64,000 nucleotides of DNA from a virus (Duplodnaviria > Caudoviricetes): positions 128,001 to 192,000 of IMG/VR virus record IMGVR_UViG_3300031134_000004; one strand, written 5' to 3'. The notes beneath the pieces are model-generated. The model made no database searches, had not been told where the DNA came from, and saw nothing but the letters and a program-made list of their open reading frames with translations. Both the position numbers and the translations under genes were made by a program. Below are positions 17,506 through 26,194 of this stretch, piece by piece. Position 1 is the first letter of the stretch, and every line of letters begins with the position of its first letter.

Positions 17506-20349
17506 TTACGTTTGGTCAGTTCCGTCTGGTTGGGTGTCGTCGTCGGTTTTGGGCTCTTGCTCTCCTTCACCCTTGCCTTCTTCATTTTCACCACCTTCCG
17601 GGGTTTCACCATTTGCTGCATCATCGTTGCCTCCCGCATTGTCATCAGTTGGAGTATCGACACTAAACGGATCACCACCACCGGCATCGAGACTGAAATC
17701 GTCTCCCGTATTGCTGCCGCTGTCATCTGTCGTGTTGTCCGAATTACTGCTGGTCGATTCTGCATCCACACCGCCATGCGCTGTCATGACCGTGTTACTA
17801 GCGTCGCGTACTTGCTCGACCTTGATCATGAAGTCAGTGAACGTCTTGGTCAAGTTACCCAAGTGCGTCGTTTGCATATCCCACACGTCAACCATTGGTT
17901 TGCCGTCAGCATCAACAGCAGTCAGCTTGGCCAGTTCAGGCAGCACACCGTTTTCATTCATCCACTGACGAATGTAGTACGCTTTGACCACTTCACGCAT
18001 GGTATTCACTTGGTTAGCAATGTCGCCACCTGTGTCAGTCGTGAAGAACTTGTCGCTGATGATCGCTTCGAGGAACGCGTCGAGTGCTTTGGTGTACGTC
18101 TCGAGCGCAGTCAGTTGGTTCTCCAGCGTGACCGAATTAGGACGTGGCAATTCCACCGTGAAGTTCATGATGAATTCGCTCAAGAGCTGGTCGACCGCGT
18201 AACGCTTTGCAGCGTCCAGTTGGTGCTGAGCATCTTTGTCCGCTTTACCAGCACGCACCGCTTCGATGATGTTTTTGCCTTCCTCAGTCTCTTCCATCTT
18301 AAGACGGTCGAAGTTGTTAATGAGGATGTCACGCAGATCATTGATGAGGTGTTCGGAATTCATCATGCACTTACGCATGTGATCCGACAAGAGTGGACAG
18401 AACTGCTCCTGGATCGTCATGACGCGTTTGGACAGAAGGATGTTGTTCGTCACAACCGAAGTAGCAAATTCGGCCTGGAACGTTGCATCGACCGTCTCTG
18501 GCGACAGACCTGTGGACATGATGGCTCGCTTACGCAAGTTCTCTTCCAAGTCAGTATCTGGCTTGGTGTAGTTATCGTTCTTTTGCTCGAACGACACAGC
18601 AACGTCCGGCAGACCAGGGTGGCCTTCGTAGACGAACTCGAAACCAGCACGCTGCAAGAAGTCCGTAATGTCCGTTGGGCTATTAACACCCAGTGGGAAA
18701 TACTGCTGACGGGCACGGATGATTTCGTGCTGCATGATTTCAAGCGTCTTTTGTGGGTTCGGGTCCGACTCATCGAGTTTCAAACGCACATTGGTACGAC
18801 CAACCGAATTCTTCACCGAAGCCATGACGTTTGCGAACATCAGCATGGTGCGCAGACTGTTCAGAATCTTCATGTCTTCCATGAGCGACTTACCGATACC
18901 GTCTTCCGTATAACGGAAAGCGAAGTACGTCATGAGTTCAGCTGGGATGAACAGCATTTGGGTATGTTGCTTAGCGAGCGAACGGGCCAGCATGATGCGG
19001 TAGACTTCATCACGCTTTGCCAGTGCTACGCCATTACCATACACGCCGTTACGCAGACGGGCCAAGAGTTCTTGCTCGACCATGTCGCCGTAGATGCGGG
19101 CAGTGTAATCGAGGTGCTCACGGTTGTTCGTATCAAAGCCATTCATCATGCCTTTAACGCGACCCAGCATCGCTGATGGGAAGCTGCCGTTGGTGTTCAG
19201 ACGCTGCGCCATCTCTTGATAGTAGTCAGCGTTTTCCGACATCGACACAGGGTGACCGTCAGCATCGATCAACAGGTAAGCGCCCACTTGCTGCTCAGGA
19301 CAACCCGGCACGTACGCAGGAATCACCGCTTCCGGTGGAACGTGCATGATGAGTGGGTTACCCACAGTGCGGCGGTTAAGCTGCTCTTGCGTTTTGAGCG
19401 TATTGATCGGCTTGTAGTTATAGTTGCGCTCTTTATAGAGTAGACCAGCCATTTGGCGATCATTCATTGGCTGCATCGTTTTCTTTTGCTGCAACGGCGA
19501 GAACGATTCCAAAGCGCGCGTACCGACAACTTCCATGATGCGTTGCTCACGGATCTTTTGGTTCACTTGTGGGAACTTGAGCAAGTCGAAGTTATCGGTC
19601 ACGGTAATGAACGTTTCGACCTTCTTCTTAAATTCCCCTTCCAGTGCCATTGCGCCATCGACCGATTGTGGAACCGCGTAGTCAGCAAACGACTCCATGG
19701 CAAAGCCCGGTGCATTGCGGTGCTTGGTTGGTACTGGTTTCACAGCTGGACCCAACAGACCCAAAGACCGAACCGAGCCGTCTTCGTGAATCGAATCTTG
19801 CATCGACTCGAACGAGACGCGCTTTTGACCGTTGATGACTTCGTCGATGGACGACTCTGGAATGACAAGCACAGGGTAGCTGCCGTCTTCAAACAGAATC
19901 GAGCGCAGCATTTTCGAGAGCAGCGGCTTTATTTTATAGTCCTGCTCGAAATACGCCTTCGCCCGGTTAATCAGTGCGCCACTGACATCGGGTGCCATTA
20001 AGCCTTCTGTGACCGAATATGTCAGTTCGGTTTCCATCATGTCTTTTGGCGAAAGAATCGAGCTTACCAAAATCTGCGCCGACAGTTCCATGTCAGGCAA
20101 GAGCTGCATGACCGTCTTAGCATCCATCGAGCTTTGCGCGGTACGCTGGGAGATTTGCTTGAACGCTTGCGTGTTCGGTGGTGTCGTTTCGCGATTACCA
20201 TTGTTATCGTAACGCTGCACTTCCCGATCGGGAACGAGCTTACTGATTGCTGCGAGCAGTTCGGGGTTCTCACGAACAAGCGGCATCACGGGGAAACTCT
20301 TGCCGGTGCCTGCTTGACTTACTGCGCGCTTAAATTCTTTCGATGCCAT
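17506..20349 (-). CDS. Probable portal protein (phiKZ gp129-like)
   Basis: 947 aa with AMES/ALES processing-type sites and a long acidic tail; head-to-head with a large structural gene, as in phiKZ-like phages. Confidence 0.7.
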   Translation of the reverse strand: MASKEFKRAVSQAGTGKSFPVMPLVRENPELLAAISKLVPDREVQRYDNNGNRETTPPNTQAFKQISQRTAQSSMDAKTVMQLLPDMELSAQILVSSILSPKDMMETELTYSVTEGLMAPDVSGALINRAKAYFEQDYKIKPLLSKMLRSILFEDGSYPVLVIPESSIDEVINGQKRVSFESMQDSIHEDGSVRSLGLLGPAVKPVPTKHRNAPGFAMESFADYAVPQSVDGAMALEGEFKKKVETFITVTDNFDLLKFPQVNQKIREQRIMEVVGTRALESFSPLQQKKTMQPMNDRQMAGLLYKERNYNYKPINTLKTQEQLNRRTVGNPLIMHVPPEAVIPAYVPGCPEQQVGAYLLIDADGHPVSMSENADYYQEMAQRLNTNGSFPSAMLGRVKGMMNGFDTNNREHLDYTARIYGDMVEQELLARLRNGVYGNGVALAKRDEVYRIMLARSLAKQHTQMLFIPAELMTYFAFRYTEDGIGKSLMEDMKILNSLRTMLMFANVMASVKNSVGRTNVRLKLDESDPNPQKTLEIMQHEIIRARQQYFPLGVNSPTDITDFLQRAGFEFVYEGHPGLPDVAVSFEQKNDNYTKPDTDLEENLRKRAIMSTGLSPETVDATFQAEFATSVVTNNILLSKRVMTIQEQFCPLLSDHMRKCMMNSEHLINDLRDILINNFDRLKMEETEEGKNIIEAVRAGKADKDAQHQLDAAKRYAVDQLLSEFIMNFTVELPRPNSVTLENQLTALETYTKALDAFLEAIISDKFFTTDTGGDIANQVNTMREVVKAYYIRQWMNENGVLPELAKLTAVDADGKPMVDVWDMQTTHLGNLTKTFTDFMIKVEQVRDASNTVMTAHGGVDAESTSSNSDNTTDDSGSNTGDDFSLDAGGGDPFSVDTPTDDNAGGNDDAANGETPEGGENEEGKGEGEQEPKTDDDTQPDGTDQT

Positions 20350-20378
20350 ACCAACCTCATTTTAAATTGGGGATAGTT

Positions 20379-22637
20379 GTGTCCAACAATCACTATTTGC
20401 TGTACAGAGAAAAGGTGCTTCAGCTGGCTGAAACCATCGTGATTCATTCGGTGGAGTCAGCGGAAGCTTTGAATAATTATATCGCCATTCAGCACGGGGC
20501 TGATGTCGTGGGGACGTCTGATAAGACGACCTGGAAATACTACCGCAATCTTGCAGGCATGTACCATACGATCGATCAACCCATGCGGGTTGTTTCGATG
20601 GACACCTTGGAGACGATTCTGTTTTCCAAAGAGAGTCTGGCTATTCACCGTGCTACGGCAAGAGCGTACGCGTATGGGACACGCCAATATCGTGAACTGG
20701 TCTCGCAATACCCAGACCAAGAAAATCTGATCCTGGGCATCTTGTACCCGATCGATATCGAGAAAGCCATTACTGCCGCTGACCGGGAAATCCTCGGGTA
20801 TCCACCAGGGCTTGTTGAAGTCAATGAATACAGCTTGATTGCCAACTTGCAAAAGTGGATCAATGGCTACACGGGTCGTTGGTACAATCGTCAGTTTGGA
20901 TTAAGTGACGACCTGTATCCGGCAACCTCGTTTGGCATCATGTTTTTGTTCATGGTCAAGGAAATCTTGAACTTGCGCAAAGCAGCGTGCAAAACGCCTG
21001 AAGCCCACAGCTTTCATGTCCGTCAATATCTGGCCAGTCATGGTTTGCTTGACGCGTACTTAGATTCGATGACCAAGAAGCAAGCCCTGTTCTTTTACCG
21101 GAACATCGCTTACATCGAGCGCAATGTCGGCAAACAAGAAATCTTCGAGTGGCTCGTCGAACATATCATGACCGAGAGGTACTTGCCTTTGGGTGAGTTC
21201 ACTATGCGGCACGATTTATCCAACCAGCCGGACGAATTGTATCCAACGCTGTTCTTTAAAAAGACACCGCTGAACTTGGGGTACTCGTCCGATGGGCAAG
21301 ACCGGGTGAACTTGCAGCAAATGCTCAACAAGCAAGACCGGATGGCACGCGACAACATTCTGTACAAGAGTGACGTTTTGCCTGTCATTAAAGAGACGAT
21401 GGAAAACTCGTCAAACAACGTGATGGCAACGAAGGTGCTCGAGTCGTCAGTGGTGGACATGAGTAATAGTTCACCCTATTCGATGGAAGACATTTTGCTC
21501 AACCATTGGATCTGGCTTGCCACCCAAGACAAGTACACTGCTATTGTGGGGGTGAACAATCCTGCCACGGGTGAACGCATGGCGTTGTCTGCAAAAGAAG
21601 CCTACACGTTCTTGTGGTACGCCTATTGTAAGTCAATCGGTATTGAGCTTGACTTTGTACCGAAGGTCTTGGCAAAACGCGTACAGCGCCTGCCAGCGGT
21701 TCGCAGTAGTGTAGCACGCGTGGCTAGTAACGAACCAGTAGCAGGTTCGAAAGAAGACTTGCGTAGTGTGGTTAGTTCACGCATTACCGATAGCGTGATT
21801 GAACAAGCGCTCTCGATGCAACCACAGATCGACACAGTCATCTCAACGGCAGGCTTTTACGAATTGTGTCAGCAAATCTTCAACGCAGCCCAAATGCAGC
21901 GTGGTTTGATTTCCTCGCAAGAGCATGCAGTCAAGCGCGGGATGGTCCACACAATGGTTTCGCGGATCTATAGCGACTCAGTGTGCGACTTGGAGGAAGA
22001 AGGCACGACGTACGATAGCTGGTTCTCCTCACGCAACATCGACATCGCTGCAATGAGCCGGGATGATTTGGCGGTCGTCTACCAAGACATCGTTCGTGAA
22101 GCCACGGGCGCTGCACTTAACGACAAGAGTTCACTCAAAGACTTACAAGCTGCCATGGTGCGCATGCTCACGCAACTGTCGAGTTACAGTGTGCAGATCA
22201 TCGCTGAAATTAATAGCAGCAACATTCGTCAAACTGATTGGACCGTGGTGCGTGTGGGTGATGTGGACGGCAAAGGCTCGATGCTGCGTACTGCGCCAGA
22301 CATGACTGTCGGCGTACAAAGTGCAAAAGCTGGTGGTTCGCAAGAAGTGCAATTGCAGATGGGTGGTTGTGAGTTGCAAACGGAAGTTAAGGTTACTGGC
22401 AAGGTTGTAGCTTCGCTTCCGATTAACGTCAAACCAATGCTCAACAAGAACACGGCGACACGTTACCACGTCTATCACCGCTTAACACGAATTTGCATCA
22501 AGCCCCAAAACAAGTTGGTGGCAAACGACCAAGGCATCATTCCCGTCATGGGAATTGAGCATTACTTAAACTTGACTTCCGAACAGCAACGCCGGATGGG
22601 AGACATGTACAGTAACGGTTACAAGCCACTATCGTAA
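20379..22637 (+). CDS. Large virion structural protein (phiKZ gp128-like)
   Basis: Likely GTG start (VSNNHYLLY); HSFHVRQYLASH...QALFFYRNIAYIERNVGK motif; synteny. Confidence 0.65.
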   Translation: MSNNHYLLYREKVLQLAETIVIHSVESAEALNNYIAIQHGADVVGTSDKTTWKYYRNLAGMYHTIDQPMRVVSMDTLETILFSKESLAIHRATARAYAYGTRQYRELVSQYPDQENLILGILYPIDIEKAITAADREILGYPPGLVEVNEYSLIANLQKWINGYTGRWYNRQFGLSDDLYPATSFGIMFLFMVKEILNLRKAACKTPEAHSFHVRQYLASHGLLDAYLDSMTKKQALFFYRNIAYIERNVGKQEIFEWLVEHIMTERYLPLGEFTMRHDLSNQPDELYPTLFFKKTPLNLGYSSDGQDRVNLQQMLNKQDRMARDNILYKSDVLPVIKETMENSSNNVMATKVLESSVVDMSNSSPYSMEDILLNHWIWLATQDKYTAIVGVNNPATGERMALSAKEAYTFLWYAYCKSIGIELDFVPKVLAKRVQRLPAVRSSVARVASNEPVAGSKEDLRSVVSSRITDSVIEQALSMQPQIDTVISTAGFYELCQQIFNAAQMQRGLISSQEHAVKRGMVHTMVSRIYSDSVCDLEEEGTTYDSWFSSRNIDIAAMSRDDLAVVYQDIVREATGAALNDKSSLKDLQAAMVRMLTQLSSYSVQIIAEINSSNIRQTDWTVVRVGDVDGKGSMLRTAPDMTVGVQSAKAGGSQEVQLQMGGCELQTEVKVTGKVVASLPINVKPMLNKNTATRYHVYHRLTRICIKPQNKLVANDQGIIPVMGIEHYLNLTSEQQRRMGDMYSNGYKPLS

Positions 22638-22745
22638 GGTTGTTTTTTAAATGTATGTTGGGTAAGGACAATCTTACCTAGCATGCCCAATACTGTGACT
22701 ATGCTAACTTAATAGTTAGCTCTTGATAATACAAAGGGAAGTTTC

Positions 22746-23588
22746 ATGGACAACATTAACCGGACCATCTTCGGTAGCCATCTGCAAACGTGCTTGCTGA
22801 TGAAGCTCGCTTACGAGGTTCTCGCCAATTCGACGCTCAATGAGCGCTTCAGTATCCAACAAGGCGTCATGCCTGCCAAGGGTGAATTGCCTGACTTTGG
22901 TTACTTCGTGATCGGCAATGGCGGCCACAAGTTCACCATGACTGCAAGTGGTCGCAGCAAGCCTGAACCAATCCAGCACTTGGGTACGGATGCTTCGTGC
23001 TTTGAGCCGCTGCCATTCGTGCTGCGCGAAGCTGCCAACGACCTCTCGCCTGAAGAGCGTGCCAAGTACGGCCTGCGTCGTAGCGAGATCCATGGTGGTC
23101 GTCCGTACTTTGCGTACTACGCACGCCGGATCGACAAGAGTAACATCAAAGCGATCCCGCAAGTCATCACGGTGCGCGATGGTGTTGAGTCGGTCAAGCC
23201 GTTCGTGCCAACGAGCGAGAACTTGAATCCAGTGCCACAGAACCTGTCGCCAACCGGTGTCAATACCGTCAAGGGTGACAACGTGAGCGTCTCGGCCAAG
23301 ATGGCCTTGATTCTGAGCGAGAGTGAGATCAACGAAATCAAGAACGCCTGCAAGGTGCTCTTTGACGACGAAGAACTCGCAATCATCTCGGAAGTCGGTC
23401 TGGTCTCGGGTGTGGACAAGTGGGTTACTTCCCCTGGTCCGAACAACTCGACGATCAACCAAAACGAAATCATCGCCGCGCAGATCATCTCGTTCGTGCT
23501 GGCGTTTTATCCACTGGTGTACCTCAACAAAGAGTGCGAAATCTTGCTCGATGTGGGTGCCACGGAACCATTGTTTAATCTGGAGTAA
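22746..23588 (+). CDS. Virion structural / baseplate-region protein
   Basis: 280 aa; STLNERFSI...YFVIGNGGH...PLPFVLRE...YFAYY, a phiKZ-like conserved pattern from memory. Confidence 0.6.
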   Translation: MDNINRTIFGSHLQTCLLMKLAYEVLANSTLNERFSIQQGVMPAKGELPDFGYFVIGNGGHKFTMTASGRSKPEPIQHLGTDASCFEPLPFVLREAANDLSPEERAKYGLRRSEIHGGRPYFAYYARRIDKSNIKAIPQVITVRDGVESVKPFVPTSENLNPVPQNLSPTGVNTVKGDNVSVSAKMALILSESEINEIKNACKVLFDDEELAIISEVGLVSGVDKWVTSPGPNNSTINQNEIIAAQIISFVLAFYPLVYLNKECEILLDVGATEPLFNLE

Positions 23589-23592
23589 TCCC

Positions 23593-24180
23593 ATGCTAGT
23601 GATGCCGCATGGGTCTTCGAACATCGTGACAATCATCGGCATCGATCCGGGTAGCTTTAACATGGGCGTAGCAGTTATCTTCTTTAATGTCGATACGCTT
23701 GAGATTGTAGCTACCCGTGCATGGACACTGTCTGGCGTGAAGCTAGGCCGTAAGCAAAGCTGGATCACTGATACCCATGGTGATCTTGAAGGACGCATTA
23801 CCGGGATGGGGGAAACCTTGCTCGAGATTTTGCAACACTTCCAGCCAGTGCTCGTGTGTTCTGAGTCACCCTTTATTAGCAAGAAGTTTCCGCAAGCCGG
23901 ACTCGTCTTGACAAGGGTGGTCTCTGCAATTCGACAAGCCGTGCAACGTTACGATATCTGGAAGACCCTCGATATTATCGATCCGCCTTCAGTAAAGAAC
24001 GCGGTTGGTGCTGCGGGTAATGCACCGAAAGAAGTCATGAAAGAAAAAGTAATGCAACTTCCTATTTTCTACGATGGGAACACGCCAATGCATTTACTCG
24101 ATGAACACTCCATTGACGCGATCGCTGTGGCGTATGGTCGTCTTCAAAATTGGTTGAGGGATTTATGCTTAAAAAACTGA
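23593..24180 (+). CDS. ruvC: RuvC-like Holliday junction resolvase
   Basis: IIGIDPGS (D), CSESPF (E), VKNAVGAAGNAPKEVM, HSIDAIAVA (D): complete RuvC catalytic set. Start reassigned to ATG 23593. Confidence 0.9.
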   Translation: MLVMPHGSSNIVTIIGIDPGSFNMGVAVIFFNVDTLEIVATRAWTLSGVKLGRKQSWITDTHGDLEGRITGMGETLLEILQHFQPVLVCSESPFISKKFPQAGLVLTRVVSAIRQAVQRYDIWKTLDIIDPPSVKNAVGAAGNAPKEVMKEKVMQLPIFYDGNTPMHLLDEHSIDAIAVAYGRLQNWLRDLCLKN

Positions 24181-24608
24181 ACGGAGTCAACGCCCAATTG
24201 GGTATTTTCTTCTTTGTGGTCTCGATTGTTTTGTTCCTGTACTTTCGCTACGAAGGCAAGAACGACACGATCGACGTGCTCAAGAACACGGTCGTGACAC
24301 AACGCGTGGAAAACGTGACTGCGAAAAAGGTCATCACTGACCAAACGCAAAGCGCTGCCATTAGCGAAGAGGTCGTGGCCAAAGCGCATGCTGAATCGAC
24401 TGCACTGCAACAAAAGGGTAACAGTATCGCTAAGCGTACGGACGAAAAGGTCGCGCTGATCGAGAAGACCTACGAAGCTTTACCGGCCACGCCTGCCAAT
24501 GTGCAAGCGAAGGAAACGGAAAAGTACACCACCATTGCCAGCAGCATGTGGGAAACTTACTGCGCTGCGGCGCCAGAGTCGGAACAGTGTATTGGTAAAA
24601 CCTTCTAG
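24165..24608 (+). CDS. Putative i-spanin (Rz-like)
   Basis: N-terminal transmembrane segment, periplasmic coiled-coil-like region, C-terminal Cys pair; directly upstream of a lipoprotein. Confidence 0.65.
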   Translation: MLKKLNGVNAQLGIFFFVVSIVLFLYFRYEGKNDTIDVLKNTVVTQRVENVTAKKVITDQTQSAAISEEVVAKAHAESTALQQKGNSIAKRTDEKVALIEKTYEALPATPANVQAKETEKYTTIASSMWETYCAAAPESEQCIGKTF

Positions 24609-24641
24609 TCTTGATGGCTAGTATTTTAAAGAGAGAAAATC

Positions 24642-24953
24642 ATGTTCCTCACCCGAATCATGAGCGCCGTTTGTTTGACCTTGATGCTTGGTGCTTGCGC
24701 TACGACCCAGCCAGTGGTTGTGCACAACACAGCTACCATCTTGCCAGAGGACGTGCAGTTGCAAGACTGTCCTGTGGAGCCGCCTCCTGAAGAGAAGGCG
24801 TTTCTGGCAATGGACAAAGACGAGAAGATCGTTACCCTGTCCAAAGCGTACAAGAGCCAAACGCTCAACGTGGGCGAATGTAACATCGACAAACGCAACT
24901 TGCGGTTGTGGAAGAAAAAGCAGCTTGACCGTGTTGGAAGGAATGGGAAATGA
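24642..24953 (+). CDS. Putative o-spanin lipoprotein (Rz1-like)
   Basis: Lipobox LGAC; LQDCPVEPPP and ECNIDK.L..W resemble o-spanins. Confidence 0.7.
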   Translation: MFLTRIMSAVCLTLMLGACATTQPVVVHNTATILPEDVQLQDCPVEPPPEEKAFLAMDKDEKIVTLSKAYKSQTLNVGECNIDKRNLRLWKKKQLDRVGRNGK

Positions 24954-25426
24954 ATCTCGCCCATGCCATCCTCAAGGGTATTGCCAATGAGCGCTCCCTT
25001 GACGGTCACTTCCATGTCGCATCACCCTTGCGCGATTTGGTCGAGCAATACAACAAGCTGGCCATGCACGACGATAGTGCGGTAAAGATCACTGCGCTGT
25101 CAACCGGTTCGCAATTGAAAGCTGCGATTACGGCGATGGACCCAGAAGTACAAGTGACGCTCTTGCACAAGTACAGCAAAGCGACGCGTAACCTCGATAC
25201 GCCAAGCGAGTACCGGGAAGATCCTGCCAAACAAGAGCTGCGTCAAATGCGCATGTTCATGTTCAAGGCGTGCGTCTTTGTAATTGGCGTGCTGTTTTGC
25301 GTCACGGTCGGCGTGTCAATGTCTGTGGCTGCCAAGACCGGCACCATCCCCAACCAGAACGTCTTTTCGACGCTCATTTCCACCGCTGGTGAAATCCTTA
25401 AGGTGATCTTAAGTGGCGGTAAATAA
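24950..25426 (+). CDS. Membrane protein with C-terminal hydrophobic segments (holin-like candidate)
   Basis: ATGA overlap with the spanin gene; ACVFVIGVLFCVTVGVSMSV plus a further hydrophobic helix. Confidence 0.5.
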   Translation: MNLAHAILKGIANERSLDGHFHVASPLRDLVEQYNKLAMHDDSAVKITALSTGSQLKAAITAMDPEVQVTLLHKYSKATRNLDTPSEYREDPAKQELRQMRMFMFKACVFVIGVLFCVTVGVSMSVAAKTGTIPNQNVFSTLISTAGEILKVILSGGK

Positions 25427-25435
25427 GGAGTTAGT

Positions 25436-26059
25436 ATGCGTAAGCTTTTGCGATTCGCACTAGAAGAACGCAACGACGGTGCGGCGCAAGTGGAATGTGA
25501 ACACACGTTCTACGGACGACTCGAGAACTTCGAGGAACTCAAGCGCGCTGTGGCCAAGGAACATCAGGAGCAATGGGAAGTACGTCTTCCTAAGACTGAC
25601 GCCAATGGCGGTGCTGGCCGCATCCGTGTACGCAAGACCATCGAGTCAAACAAAAACCCAGAATACGTATTGACCTGTAAGACCAAGGTTGGTACAGACG
25701 GGGATGAGATGGAAGTGCCAGTGCCAACTACGGAAGGCATGTTCGAACAATTCAAGCTCATGGCTGAACAAGGGATGATCAAAGATCGTTTCATGTTCCA
25801 AGTCGAAGGCATGGATTTGGTGTGGGAAATCGATTTGTTTTATTTGCCGGGTCAAGAAGTTGGTTCTGGGCAATACTACGAATGGTGCAAGATCGATCTG
25901 GAAGTGGCTAACCGGACCGACCCAATCCCTCCACTGCCGTTTCATTTCGCTGAACTCATCACAGCGCCTGAAGGGCGTCGTACGGAAGCGGAAGAGCAAC
26001 GCGTGCGTGGTTTGTACGATACAGTCTTTGTCACGAAGAACGTGCATGTCAAAACCTAA
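25436..26059 (+). CDS. CYTH / triphosphate-tunnel family protein
   Basis: ECEHTF (ExExK-like), RIRVRK, LTCK, EMEV, IKDRF, WEIDLF, IDLEV appear in CYTH-fold order. Confidence 0.7.
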   Translation: MRKLLRFALEERNDGAAQVECEHTFYGRLENFEELKRAVAKEHQEQWEVRLPKTDANGGAGRIRVRKTIESNKNPEYVLTCKTKVGTDGDEMEVPVPTTEGMFEQFKLMAEQGMIKDRFMFQVEGMDLVWEIDLFYLPGQEVGSGQYYEWCKIDLEVANRTDPIPPLPFHFAELITAPEGRRTEAEEQRVRGLYDTVFVTKNVHVKT

Positions 26060-26104
26060 CGGTCATATCCCCTGCCCTTAACTGGGCAGGGGTTTATGCC
26101 GCAT

Positions 26105-26130
26105 TGTAAATTGTTTCAACCATATATTCC
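26105..26130 (+). promoter_or_regulatory. Putative early (virion-RNAP-type) promoter upstream of the array
   Basis: TGTAAATTGTTTCAACCATATATTCC. CATATATTCC recurs at 5761 and 30594, with variants at 6191 and 9094; it resembles the phiKZ early TATTAC element. Confidence 0.5.
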
Positions 26131-26194
26131 CTAATAGTAATACTTGGAGTATTCTTACCTCCGTGACAACATTACATGTAGTCATAAGCGTCAA

